Of a DNA stretch of 64,000 nucleotides, positions 1 through 7,929 are shown in pieces; the first letter of the stretch is position 1, and every line of letters begins with the position of its first letter. The stretch is from Methanobrevibacter sp. (GTDB lineage: Archaea; Methanobacteriota; Methanobacteria; Methanobacteriales; Methanobacteriaceae). Location of the stretch: assembly GCA_017407115.1 (NCBI GenBank), contig JAFQXD010000016.1, positions 30,088-94,087 of the forward strand, given 5' to 3'. The position numbers and the translations under genes were made by a program. The notes below the pieces were generated by a model. The model worked only from the letters and a program-made list of their open reading frames with translations, was not told the origin of the DNA and ran no database searches.

Positions 1-2
1 AA

Positions 3-854
3 ATGAAACTCAGTAGGTTTGAATATGATGATGAAGATGATGATCTTCCAACTTGCTTCTGGTTAGGTGGTGGAAAAACATCCGAGTTTTATGAAATTCC
101 TTATTGGGTGCCGGCAGTTAATAGTATTAGTGCAAAAGTTGCTTTAGATGAATTAAACGCTAAAAAGATTAATGAAGGTAACTTAATGAGTGGGATTTTA
201 GTCATTAGACGTCCTCCAGCAATTGATGGTGAAAAAGAAGAAACTAAAAAAGATTTAGAAGCTCAAATGGCTGATGCTGGAACAGGAATTTTGACTTTAG
301 ATTTGGAAAGTTTCAATACTGAAATTCCATTAGAAGTTCAATATGTACCAATTTCAGAGCAAAACTATTCCTATTTATCTGAATTATCTGATAGGTGTGA
401 TGATGATATTTTAGCTTGTTTCAGTATTCCGAAAGTGCGTTTAATGATTGATGATGTTACAGAATCAATGAATTCCAATAAATCTAATACAATTTATGAG
501 ATTTACACCAAAAGTTTAGAAAATGAGCAGTTACCATTTGAAATTGAAATCAACAAATTCAACATGAAATATTTTGAGTATCCTGGAACTGTTAATATTG
601 AAACTCCAATTTTTTCTGATAAAAAAGATGTTGAAATCAATACTATTCTTACATTGTTTAATAATGGTTTAATTACACTTGGTGAAGCTATTAAAGCAAT
701 TAGTGTGTATTATCCTGCATTGCAATTAGAATATAATGATACAAATCCTTTGTTTAATGAAAGATATTATAATGGTAGAATTTTAGGTATGGCTGAAGCG
801 TCTGATAAAGATATGAGTCAATTAAATGGTGTGATGGCATGGCTTCAATCTTAA
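3..854 (+). CDS. Portal protein, C-terminal part (gene truncated by the window edge)
   Basis: This is the first ORF of a portal-MuF-protease/scaffold-capsid series. The frame is open to nt 3, and it overlaps the next gene by 16 nt. The call rests mainly on position. Confidence 0.5.
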   Translation: MKLSRFEYDDEDDDLPTCFWLGGGKTSEFYEIPYWVPAVNSISAKVALDELNAKKINEGNLMSGILVIRRPPAIDGEKEETKKDLEAQMADAGTGILTLDLESFNTEIPLEVQYVPISEQNYSYLSELSDRCDDDILACFSIPKVRLMIDDVTESMNSNKSNTIYEIYTKSLENEQLPFEIEINKFNMKYFEYPGTVNIETPIFSDKKDVEINTILTLFNNGLITLGEAIKAISVYYPALQLEYNDTNPLFNERYYNGRILGMAEASDKDMSQLNGVMAWLQS

Positions 855-1678
855 ATAATAAATATTGGATTAATAAATCATTGATTGAGAAAAAAGAAAA
901 CCAAAGAGCCGCTTATAAAATCCAGATTTATAATAATAATGTAATTGACAAATATATTGAAGATTTTACCAATGATGAAACAATACTACGACCATTACAA
1001 GCAACTTTATATTCTGATTTATGGATTTTAAATAAACCACATGTTAATAAGCAATATCAAAGAATTCTCAACTCCAAATACACTAGTGATAAAGCATTGT
1101 TTGGGATGTTGGTTAAAAATAAAGCAGATTCACGTTTATCAACTGTTGTTGAAGCAGAACTTGAAAGAATTAATAAGAATTTAGATTATACAGAACAGGT
1201 TCTAAAGAACCATGAAATAAATCTAAAAGAATATCAAAAAATAGCTAAGCGTGAAAGTGCAATTGCAAACCGTAAAAATATCATCGAACGTAGTGTAAAA
1301 GACCTGGATTTTGTTAGGAGTCAATTTGGAGTAAATATCCAAAGTAATGTCTTCAGTTACAGGGATTTGGAAAATACTGCTGAAGCATTAAACCGTCAAA
1401 CCCAAATGGCAGCAGGTTGGGAAGAATATGATGCAATAAATCAAGAAGCAAGAGAAAAAGGCCTTCCAGATGTTTACACAGAAAAAGAGTGGATTTGGAC
1501 TGGTGAAGGTAGGACTACAAGACATGAATCCAATAATGGTCAAATTGTAGGTTTCTATGAAACATTCACTATTGTAAATGATGCTAATGGAGATGTTGAT
1601 GAATTATTGTATCCATGTGACCCAAATGGTAGTTTTAGTAATGCGGGTATTTGTTATTGTCAACTAAGAGCATTCTAA
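839..1678 (+). CDS. Head morphogenesis protein (SPP1 gp7 / Mu F-like)
   Basis: It lies directly after the portal. The C-terminus (TRHESNNGQIV...YPCDPNGSFSNAGICYCQL) resembles the conserved end of MuF-type domains. Confidence 0.5.
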   Translation: MASILNNKYWINKSLIEKKENQRAAYKIQIYNNNVIDKYIEDFTNDETILRPLQATLYSDLWILNKPHVNKQYQRILNSKYTSDKALFGMLVKNKADSRLSTVVEAELERINKNLDYTEQVLKNHEINLKEYQKIAKRESAIANRKNIIERSVKDLDFVRSQFGVNIQSNVFSYRDLENTAEALNRQTQMAAGWEEYDAINQEAREKGLPDVYTEKEWIWTGEGRTTRHESNNGQIVGFYETFTIVNDANGDVDELLYPCDPNGSFSNAGICYCQLRAF

Positions 1679-1777
1679 AATAATATTTTTTTATAATTCA
1701 TAACATAGCTTAATTTCTTTTTATTTTTTCTAGTTTGAGTCTAGAGGCTATGATTTTAATTTTAAATAGAATTTAAT

Positions 1778-2794
1778 GTGAGGTTATTCAAATTGAACGA
1801 AGCAACTTATATTACTGGAGTTGTGATCGCCAATGGTGTTCCAGATAGTGATGGAGATTGTCTAGATAAAAAAGACATTAAAAAAATCTTCACAAAATAT
1901 CTTGACCGCGCTACTGATGTGATGCACACCAGGATTAAAAATGAAGGTGTTGAAGTTCTTGCTAATTGGATTACTGAAACTGATACACAAGTAAATGGTA
2001 AAATTGTTCCTGCTGGTTCTTGGATGGCCACATTTGCAGTAACAAATGAAGAATTACTATCTTCAATACGTGAAGGAAGTATTTCAGGTTTAAGTCTTGG
2101 TTCAGTTTCAGAAGATGCAATGACTAAGAAATATTGGTTTATTAATAAATCAATTCACTATCAAGACTTAGATGACATGGAAGAAGTAATACCATTGTTT
2201 ATTAGTTTTGTAGATAAAGGTGCTAACCAATATGGCCTGGAAATAATGGATTATAATGTTTACATTAATAAAAATGATAAAACTGGTGATAAGATGACAA
2301 ACGAAGAAGAAATTGTAACTAATGAAGAACCTATGATTCCAATATCTGCACTTGATAAGCTTCGTGAGTTTTTCAGCTTTACAAAAGCTGATGTTGAAGT
2401 TGAAGAAAAAACTCCTGAAGTTAATAAACAAGAAACTGATGTTGAAGAACCTGTCAATGATGATATATCCAATAAGGAATTGTTAGAAAAATTGCCTGCT
2501 GCTTTAGCAGAATCTGTTAAAGATGCAATCAGTGAAGCAATCTCTAATGCTAGTGCTGATGAGGATATTGATAAAAGTGAGAAAAATGATGAAGAAGAAA
2601 AAGATGAGGATTCTGATGAAGAAAAAGATGAAGAAAATGTAGATGAATCCAAAAAAGATGAAAAAGAAAAAGAAGATGTTGAAATTAATAAAAGACAAAC
2701 TTCTATGACTGATGTTATAGTTAACGATGCTCCTTCAACTGATTTCTACACTAGAACTAAAAGAGATCATTTGGGAAGGAAAATAAGAAGATAA
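1778..2794 (+). CDS. Prohead protease-like (XkdF-type) N-domain fused to an acidic scaffold-like tail
   Basis: The start is GTG. The N-terminal part (GVPDSDGDCLDKKDI...SISGLSLGS) resembles the PBSX XkdF family. The C-terminal roughly 150 aa form a D/E/K low-complexity run typical of scaffolds. The gene sits immediately upstream of the capsid gene. Confidence 0.5.
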   Translation: MRLFKLNEATYITGVVIANGVPDSDGDCLDKKDIKKIFTKYLDRATDVMHTRIKNEGVEVLANWITETDTQVNGKIVPAGSWMATFAVTNEELLSSIREGSISGLSLGSVSEDAMTKKYWFINKSIHYQDLDDMEEVIPLFISFVDKGANQYGLEIMDYNVYINKNDKTGDKMTNEEEIVTNEEPMIPISALDKLREFFSFTKADVEVEEKTPEVNKQETDVEEPVNDDISNKELLEKLPAALAESVKDAISEAISNASADEDIDKSEKNDEEEKDEDSDEEKDEENVDESKKDEKEKEDVEINKRQTSMTDVIVNDAPSTDFYTRTKRDHLGRKIRR

Positions 2795-2816
2795 ATTTTT
2801 TTTAATTAATCAATTT

Positions 2817-2830
2817 TAACGAGCTGATAA
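2817..2830 (+). promoter_or_regulatory. Leader motif TAACGAGCTGATAA 2 nt before the capsid ATG (copy 1)
   Basis: An identical 14-mer occurs at 21837-21850, just before the endolysin ATG. Confidence 0.5.
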
Positions 2831-2832
2831 AT

Positions 2833-3930
2833 ATGTCTGTAACAATTGTAGATGCAAAAACTATTGAAGATAATTTGCCATTTATACTTAAATGGTCTAA
2901 AAATCCTATTGGAAATGGTGGAGCTATTAATCCAGGTTGGAAACAACAAACTGAAATTGATAGGTTCCTTGAATTAGTAGAAAGTACTCCAAGTATTTTA
3001 AACGATGCTAGATTTATTCAAATGGATGGTATTGAGCATGATGTTAATTATCTCCGTGTAAAAGCAAGATTACAATCCATGAAAAAATTATCTGGTGAAA
3101 ATAAAGGTGCACCACTTCAAAAAGATTATACTACTGCTATTGAAGAAACTGTACCTGAATTTAGTCGTTCTAAACTTGTAGCAGAACCATTCTCAATATT
3201 TACTTACACCAGTAAATTATTCTTAAAAGCAAATATTGAACATGATTATTTCTTAACACATATTGAAGCAATTCTTGCTGAAAGAGCAGGTTATTCTGCT
3301 GAAAATATTGGTATGTATGGTATTAAAAATGAAAATACCACAAGTACTGATGGTGTACACCAAATTGATGGAGTATTCAAACAATTACAAGATATTGCAA
3401 GTAATTATGAAAATAATGTTGCAATTGACCGTAGAGCACCAATGGGTTATTATAAAGACATTGATGCAAGTGGTGATTTAGCAAAACAAATCAAAAGAAT
3501 GATTACTCAATTCACCAAACAAAAAGGTAAAAGGTCAAAAGCAAAAATTTACGTTTCTACTGAACTTGAAGGATTGCTTATTGAACAAGCTGACCAAAGA
3601 CCAACACAAAGAGGTGACAACCTTTACTTTGATGATAATGGTCAATTAACACTTTGGGGAGTTCCTATTGTTCAAGCAGACTTCCTCGACGAACCAGATA
3701 ATGGATTTGAGGAACAAATCTTGATGGCTGACCCAGATAGTATTGTATTCGGTTTCTTAAATGAAATTGAATCTGAAAATGAATATGAACTTTCAGCAAA
3801 AGCATACTTGTCTACTGTAGATGTTTACTTTGATGTATTAATTTTATACAACAAAGATGTTCTTGCAGCTAAAATTACAAATATTCCTTCTGCTGTAGCT
3901 GATGATGAGGGAGATGGTTCTTCTCCCTAA
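2833..3930 (+). CDS. Major capsid protein
   Basis: It is 365 aa and sits after the protease/scaffold gene and before the connector genes. Size and context fit an HK97-fold MCP of PBSX XkdG type. Confidence 0.65.
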   Translation: MSVTIVDAKTIEDNLPFILKWSKNPIGNGGAINPGWKQQTEIDRFLELVESTPSILNDARFIQMDGIEHDVNYLRVKARLQSMKKLSGENKGAPLQKDYTTAIEETVPEFSRSKLVAEPFSIFTYTSKLFLKANIEHDYFLTHIEAILAERAGYSAENIGMYGIKNENTTSTDGVHQIDGVFKQLQDIASNYENNVAIDRRAPMGYYKDIDASGDLAKQIKRMITQFTKQKGKRSKAKIYVSTELEGLLIEQADQRPTQRGDNLYFDDNGQLTLWGVPIVQADFLDEPDNGFEEQILMADPDSIVFGFLNEIESENEYELSAKAYLSTVDVYFDVLILYNKDVLAAKITNIPSAVADDEGDGSSP

Positions 3931-4222
3931 TTCTCAGGTGAATCCTGAAACATCAAATAATGAAAATGAAACAAATGTAACTCCAACCACACGTAATGTT
4001 AATTTTGTAATTAATGATGGTACAGATGCAATTCAAGGAGCAACTGTTACTATTGGAGAAATAACTGGAACTACGGGTAGTGCTGGAGGATGTACTTTAC
4101 AAGGCGTAGCTGATGGTGAAAATTCAGTTACTGTAATTGCTGAAGGTTATACATCTAAAACTGAAACCATTACCGTAAGTGAAAATGACACTACTTTCAC
4201 TATTAGTTTAGTCGAGGAATAA
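3902..4222 (+). CDS. Beta-sandwich (CarboxypepD_reg / Ig-like) domain ORF in the +1 frame of the capsid gene, probably expressed as a frameshift extension
   Basis: VNFVINDGTDAIQGATVTIGEITGTTGSAGGCTLQGVADGENSVTVIAEGYTSKTETITV fits the carboxypeptidase-regulatory-like fold pattern. The ORF overlaps the MCP 3' end, and its in-frame ATGs have no properly spaced SD. Confidence 0.5.
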   Translation: MMREMVLLPNSQVNPETSNNENETNVTPTTRNVNFVINDGTDAIQGATVTIGEITGTTGSAGGCTLQGVADGENSVTVIAEGYTSKTETITVSENDTTFTISLVEE

Positions 4223-4309
4223 TTTCTCAGATAGGATTGAGATTTACTTATTGAATTGTCAATCCTATGATGAATTATTCTAATACTTTTTCTAAAAGTG
4301 GTGGTTTAA

Positions 4310-4696
4310 ATGGATGACGAAGATATTGTTCGTGAAGTGTTATTCAAACTTGATAATTGGATACTGAGTGATGTAGATAATGAAGACAATTTAATTGATT
4401 CTGAGTACAATGACTTGGAGTACAACAAAAAAGTGTCAAGTGAAGAAATCCTAGATTTCTACAAATCTGCAACTGATTACGCCTTATCTTATACTCAACT
4501 ACCTAACTTTGATAATGTTCCAGTTAGTGACACAGCTTTAATATTTTGGACTGCTGGTTTACTTTGGAGGAAATATGATATAAGACCGAATGACCAAATA
4601 GATGAGTCTTACAGTGTTGGTTATGGCGACTCTCTAATAATTCAAGCTAAAGAGATGTTAAAACCTTATAAAAAATACAATTTTAATATTTTCTAA
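4310..4696 (+). CDS. Head-tail connector/adaptor protein (XkdH-like position)
   Basis: It is 128 aa and follows the capsid gene. The assignment is by position only. Confidence 0.35.
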   Translation: MDDEDIVREVLFKLDNWILSDVDNEDNLIDSEYNDLEYNKKVSSEEILDFYKSATDYALSYTQLPNFDNVPVSDTALIFWTAGLLWRKYDIRPNDQIDESYSVGYGDSLIIQAKEMLKPYKKYNFNIF

Positions 4697-4701
4697 TTTT
4701 C

Positions 4702-5232
4702 ATGGTGGTTTTTATGGGTAAATGGGAAGAGTTAGACACTGAAGTTAATGTTGAGCTTGATACAACGGAATTAGATGATTTAATAGATTTGTTAGGTGAT
4801 GAATCTGTTTTCAAACCAGCTGTTGAAATTGCTGAGAGGTATAAAAAAGGTTTAAATGAAGCATCTAAAACTAGTGCACGCACTATTGCTGAGACCAACA
4901 AATCACTTCAAGAATTAGCAATTGCAACAAATTCTACAATGGCAAGTATGAGTCTGTTAAACAGTATTGAGATAACAGAAGAATCTCCAACTGATATTGT
5001 CATTGGAACCAATATTACTCATTTTTATCCATTATGTGTTGAATTAGGTAGGGGAGAAGTACGACCAATAAGAGCAAAGATGTTACATTGGTTTACTTTA
5101 TCTGGAAATGAAATTTTTAGTTTTTATAGCTCTCCTGCTCCTCCAAGACCATTTGTCAAACCGGCCTTTGAAGAGACAAGTAGAAGAGCAGTGGATATTG
5201 TTAAGGTGGCGATATATGATGCTACAAGCTGA
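4702..5232 (+). CDS. HK97 gp10-like head-tail joining protein
   Basis: The C-terminal half (IGTNITHFYPLCVELGRGEV...PPRPFVKPAFEE) resembles the HK97 gp10 family signature. The position fits. Confidence 0.5.
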   Translation: MVVFMGKWEELDTEVNVELDTTELDDLIDLLGDESVFKPAVEIAERYKKGLNEASKTSARTIAETNKSLQELAIATNSTMASMSLLNSIEITEESPTDIVIGTNITHFYPLCVELGRGEVRPIRAKMLHWFTLSGNEIFSFYSSPAPPRPFVKPAFEETSRRAVDIVKVAIYDATS

Positions 5233-5689
5233 TGAAATAATTTTAAATATTTTATTAAAAGCAAAAAGTGAAGGAAACCAACTGTTAAAATATTTTAAAA
5301 TTGGTTATCCATCTAAACAGGTTGTTCAAGAAAGTAATAGTATTTTCATTGGTGCTGTTGACACGGAATCTTCTGTTGAAGGATTTGAGTTTTCAAGTTT
5401 TACAGATCTTGTTGAAGTGTTGATTGTAACCAAAAATAGAAACTATTCTGAATCAATGAAAATCATCAAAACCATTTCTAAAGAAATAACTAGGTTAATT
5501 TATGAGAATTTAGATTTATTTGATAATAAACCAATAGTTAGAAATTTAACGCCTGAATATAATAGGGATTTTGTTTTAACAAGAGGACACATGAGAATCC
5601 AAGTTAAATCAAAACCAGAGTCATTAGTTCCAAGTGATGATGAATACACTTTATGTAATATTTTGTTAGAAAAAATAGAAGAAAGTTGA
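5216..5689 (+). CDS. Neck/tail-completion protein (XkdJ-like position)
   Basis: The track ORF starts at 5108 but overlaps the upstream gene. The ATG at 5216 is preceded by AAGGTGG at 5203-5209. The function is inferred from position. Confidence 0.35.
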   Translation: MMLQADEIILNILLKAKSEGNQLLKYFKIGYPSKQVVQESNSIFIGAVDTESSVEGFEFSSFTDLVEVLIVTKNRNYSESMKIIKTISKEITRLIYENLDLFDNKPIVRNLTPEYNRDFVLTRGHMRIQVKSKPESLVPSDDEYTLCNILLEKIEES

Positions 5690-5695
5690 TTATTT

Positions 5696-5860
5696 ATGTC
5701 AAAATTTGATTTAGAACAAGAATTAATTGAATATAAGTGTCCGGATATGTTTAAAGCAGGTTTGCGAGATTATATTCAATCTAATAAAATTGAGATTAAG
5801 AATAAGAAAGAATTTGAAAAAATTGTTAAAGAATATGCTAATTTAAAAATTGGAGGTTAA
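5696..5860 (+). CDS. Small hypothetical virion-module protein (54 aa)
   Basis: The ORF MSKFDLEQELIEYKCPDMFKAG...ANLKIGG fills the gap between neighbouring genes exactly. It is below the 60-aa cutoff of the ORF track. Confidence 0.4.
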   Translation: MSKFDLEQELIEYKCPDMFKAGLRDYIQSNKIEIKNKKEFEKIVKEYANLKIGG

Positions 5861-5863
5861 ATT

Positions 5864-6895
5864 ATGGGTGTACTACCAAAAGTCCAAGTGTTTAATAAAA
5901 TTAATCCTGTTAAAAGTAAACCTGGATTGGCATCTAAGATTGCAGTAATTGGGGCATTTGAAGAAGATATAACTGACCCTACATTATGCAAAACTCTTGA
6001 TGAAGCATATGAAAACTTAGGTGATGATACAACCTATAAAGGTGTATCTTGTTTAAAACATTTATTCTATGGTGCTTCAAGTGTTTTAGCTGTTAATATC
6101 ACTACTAAGACAGGTTCAGGAGAGAATATTACAATAGATAAAACTTTTACTCCAGCTAAATTAACATCTGCATTGGCTAAAATTAGTGGAGAAGATTATG
6201 ATATGTTATTTATTGCGGAGGTAATACCTACCACTTTAATAAACATTGTCACTGAATTTTTATCCAACCGTTATTTAAACAAATTACCAACTGGATATGT
6301 TTGTTATAGTGATTTTCAACCAGAAAGAGCAGGTGATTTCTGTTATGGATTACTTAATCAAAGATTAAGTGTTAATGATACATTATTATCTGATGTAGAC
6401 AGTGCAGCTTATTATTGTGGGCTTTTAGCAAGTTTGAATGTAGGAAATTCTATGACTATGAAAGTTGTTCCACAAGTAACTGGTGTATCACCTGAATTAT
6501 CTTTCGAAAACAGTGGAAACGGATTAGACTTGTTAGAATCTGGAATTACTACATTCAGATGTCTTGACCGTGGAAATAATCGTTATGTTGTTGTTAATAG
6601 TGAACAGCCAAATGGATTAGATTTATATATTAACCGTACTCGTGATTTTGTTGTAAAAGAAATGAGCCTACATCAATTTTTAGGTGATAGAAACAGGGTA
6701 GCAACTTTAAATGAGATTAAGCAAGAAGTTGACCGTGTCAAAGAAAGATGTGTTAAAACTTTGGATTTGCTTGAAGACATTGAATACACTGTTGAAAAGA
6801 AAAGCACTAGTTGTGTTGATATTAATATTACCAAATTGTTATTTGCTGGTATTATCACTGAAATTGATGTTTATATTACAATTGAGGTGGAATAG
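5864..6895 (+). CDS. Contractile tail sheath protein
   Basis: It is 343 aa and preceded by GGAGG. It lies directly upstream of a 131-aa tube-like ORF, the chaperone and the tape measure, which is the XkdK-XkdM-XkdN-XkdO order. Baseplate W/J genes downstream imply a myovirus tail. Confidence 0.6.
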   Translation: MGVLPKVQVFNKINPVKSKPGLASKIAVIGAFEEDITDPTLCKTLDEAYENLGDDTTYKGVSCLKHLFYGASSVLAVNITTKTGSGENITIDKTFTPAKLTSALAKISGEDYDMLFIAEVIPTTLINIVTEFLSNRYLNKLPTGYVCYSDFQPERAGDFCYGLLNQRLSVNDTLLSDVDSAAYYCGLLASLNVGNSMTMKVVPQVTGVSPELSFENSGNGLDLLESGITTFRCLDRGNNRYVVVNSEQPNGLDLYINRTRDFVVKEMSLHQFLGDRNRVATLNEIKQEVDRVKERCVKTLDLLEDIEYTVEKKSTSCVDINITKLLFAGIITEIDVYITIEVE

Positions 6896-7291
6896 ATGGC
6901 TAATAAGGAAGTTATTATTGATGGAAAAAAGATGTTGTACGGGACCTCTGCAAAGGCAAGTCCTGAAACCAATACAACCAGCACCTCAACTTTTGATGGT
7001 GTAATTACTGAAGGTTTAAATGAAGTTCCATGGTCTATTGAATGTTCAAAGTTAAGATATGAGGGTTTGGCTTCTCATAGGGAAATGTCTGAAACATTAG
7101 AAACAATGTTAAGCGTTCCAAAAATGATTACAATCCGTGAAACCGTCATTACTCCAGAAGAAACTTATACTGTTGTTGATAATTTCTTCAATTGTTTAGT
7201 TGATGGTAATGATTATGAAGTTAAACCGGAAGATAAGACTGTTGAGAATTTGAAATTTAAATCTGCACGTCGTGAGAGAAAATATGAATAA
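6896..7291 (+). CDS. Tail tube protein
   Basis: It is 131 aa, sits between the sheath and the chaperone, and its start abuts the sheath stop. Confidence 0.55.
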   Translation: MANKEVIIDGKKMLYGTSAKASPETNTTSTSTFDGVITEGLNEVPWSIECSKLRYEGLASHREMSETLETMLSVPKMITIRETVITPEETYTVVDNFFNCLVDGNDYEVKPEDKTVENLKFKSARRERKYE

Positions 7292-7348
7292 AACATTTTG
7301 TTTTATTCATTCTTTTTTTTTAAACATTTTTTAAAGGAGATTATTTTT

Positions 7349-7753
7349 ATGTCTTTAGATGAAGAAAAACAAAAGGAAATGGAACATTTAAGTCAAGAAA
7401 CTGAAGTTTATGATTTAGAATCTTTAATTGTTGATGGAGATGAAGCAAAAGTACCAATATCATTCATCTATCCAAATACAAATAAAACTGTTGGTGCAAT
7501 GATTAGACCGGTAAACACTAAAGAATATAATCACGTTTTGAAAAAATCTGAAAGATTTGGTTTACTGTTTTTAGTTGAAATGTTGAAAATTGCATTATAC
7601 AAAATGGACGGAACAAAATTCCCTGAAGAGTCTATTGGCAAATTACCGGCTGGTGTATGTGCTGAAATAGTTGAAAAAATCAATGACATTTCAGGTATAA
7701 AATCAAATGAAGCTGATTTGGACAGACTTAATGAAAACTTGATGGGGTTTTAA
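7349..7753 (+). CDS. Tail assembly chaperone (gpG / XkdN-like)
   Basis: The ATG at 7349 is preceded by AAAGGAGA. The protein is acidic, 134 aa, and lies immediately upstream of the tape measure. Confidence 0.6.
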   Translation: MSLDEEKQKEMEHLSQETEVYDLESLIVDGDEAKVPISFIYPNTNKTVGAMIRPVNTKEYNHVLKKSERFGLLFLVEMLKIALYKMDGTKFPEESIGKLPAGVCAEIVEKINDISGIKSNEADLDRLNENLMGF

Positions 7754-7926
7754 ATCTTAAAACAGGATCTGGAAGACATATAACAGAATTATGTCTTGCA
7801 GGTTATCAAATCAACAATGGAAACCAAAACAACCTAACCAATTTACAGAAACTTGCAATACTGATTATACGAAATGAAATCTGGAAATTCAAAATTAAAA
7901 ACAAAGCATTTTTAGTGGTGGCTTAG
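7735..7926 (+). CDS. -1 frame extension of the tail chaperone (gpGT-like 'T' part)
   Basis: This frame is open for 63 codons with no ATG or TTG; its only GTGs are 2-3 codons before the stop. It overlaps the last 19 nt of the chaperone and stops 3 nt before the tape-measure ATG. The overlap contains GGGGTTTTAAA. Confidence 0.5.
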   Translation, partial: KLDGVLNLKTGSGRHITELCLAGYQINNGNQNNLTNLQKLAILIIRNEIWKFKIKNKAFLVVA

Positions 7927-7929
7927 ACA

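Noticed and set aside
2168-2698. Several minus-strand ORFs (64-130 aa) in the scaffold gene and similar ones (48387-48758, 49016-49412, 50319-50531) in the helicase acidic tract
   Set aside because: They are artefacts of GAA/GAT-rich coding sequence, whose complement (TTC/ATC) lacks stops. Their products are poly-Ser/Phe/Ile.
5108-5215. Longer N-terminal extension of the 5216-5689 gene as given by the ORF track (and likewise 30261 for cbiN, 7298 for the chaperone, 54289 for the ABC ATPase, 63053 for cfbC and 40774 for the hisA/F-like gene)
   Set aside because: These extensions overlap the upstream gene or lack an SD. In each case an internal ATG has a properly spaced GGAGG/GGTG-type SD and gives an N-terminus typical of the family.
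7748-7760. +1 slip on TTT-T at the chaperone stop as the route to the T extension
   Set aside because: The +1 frame runs into TAA after only three codons (F-K-S-stop). Only the -1 frame stays open up to the tape measure gene.
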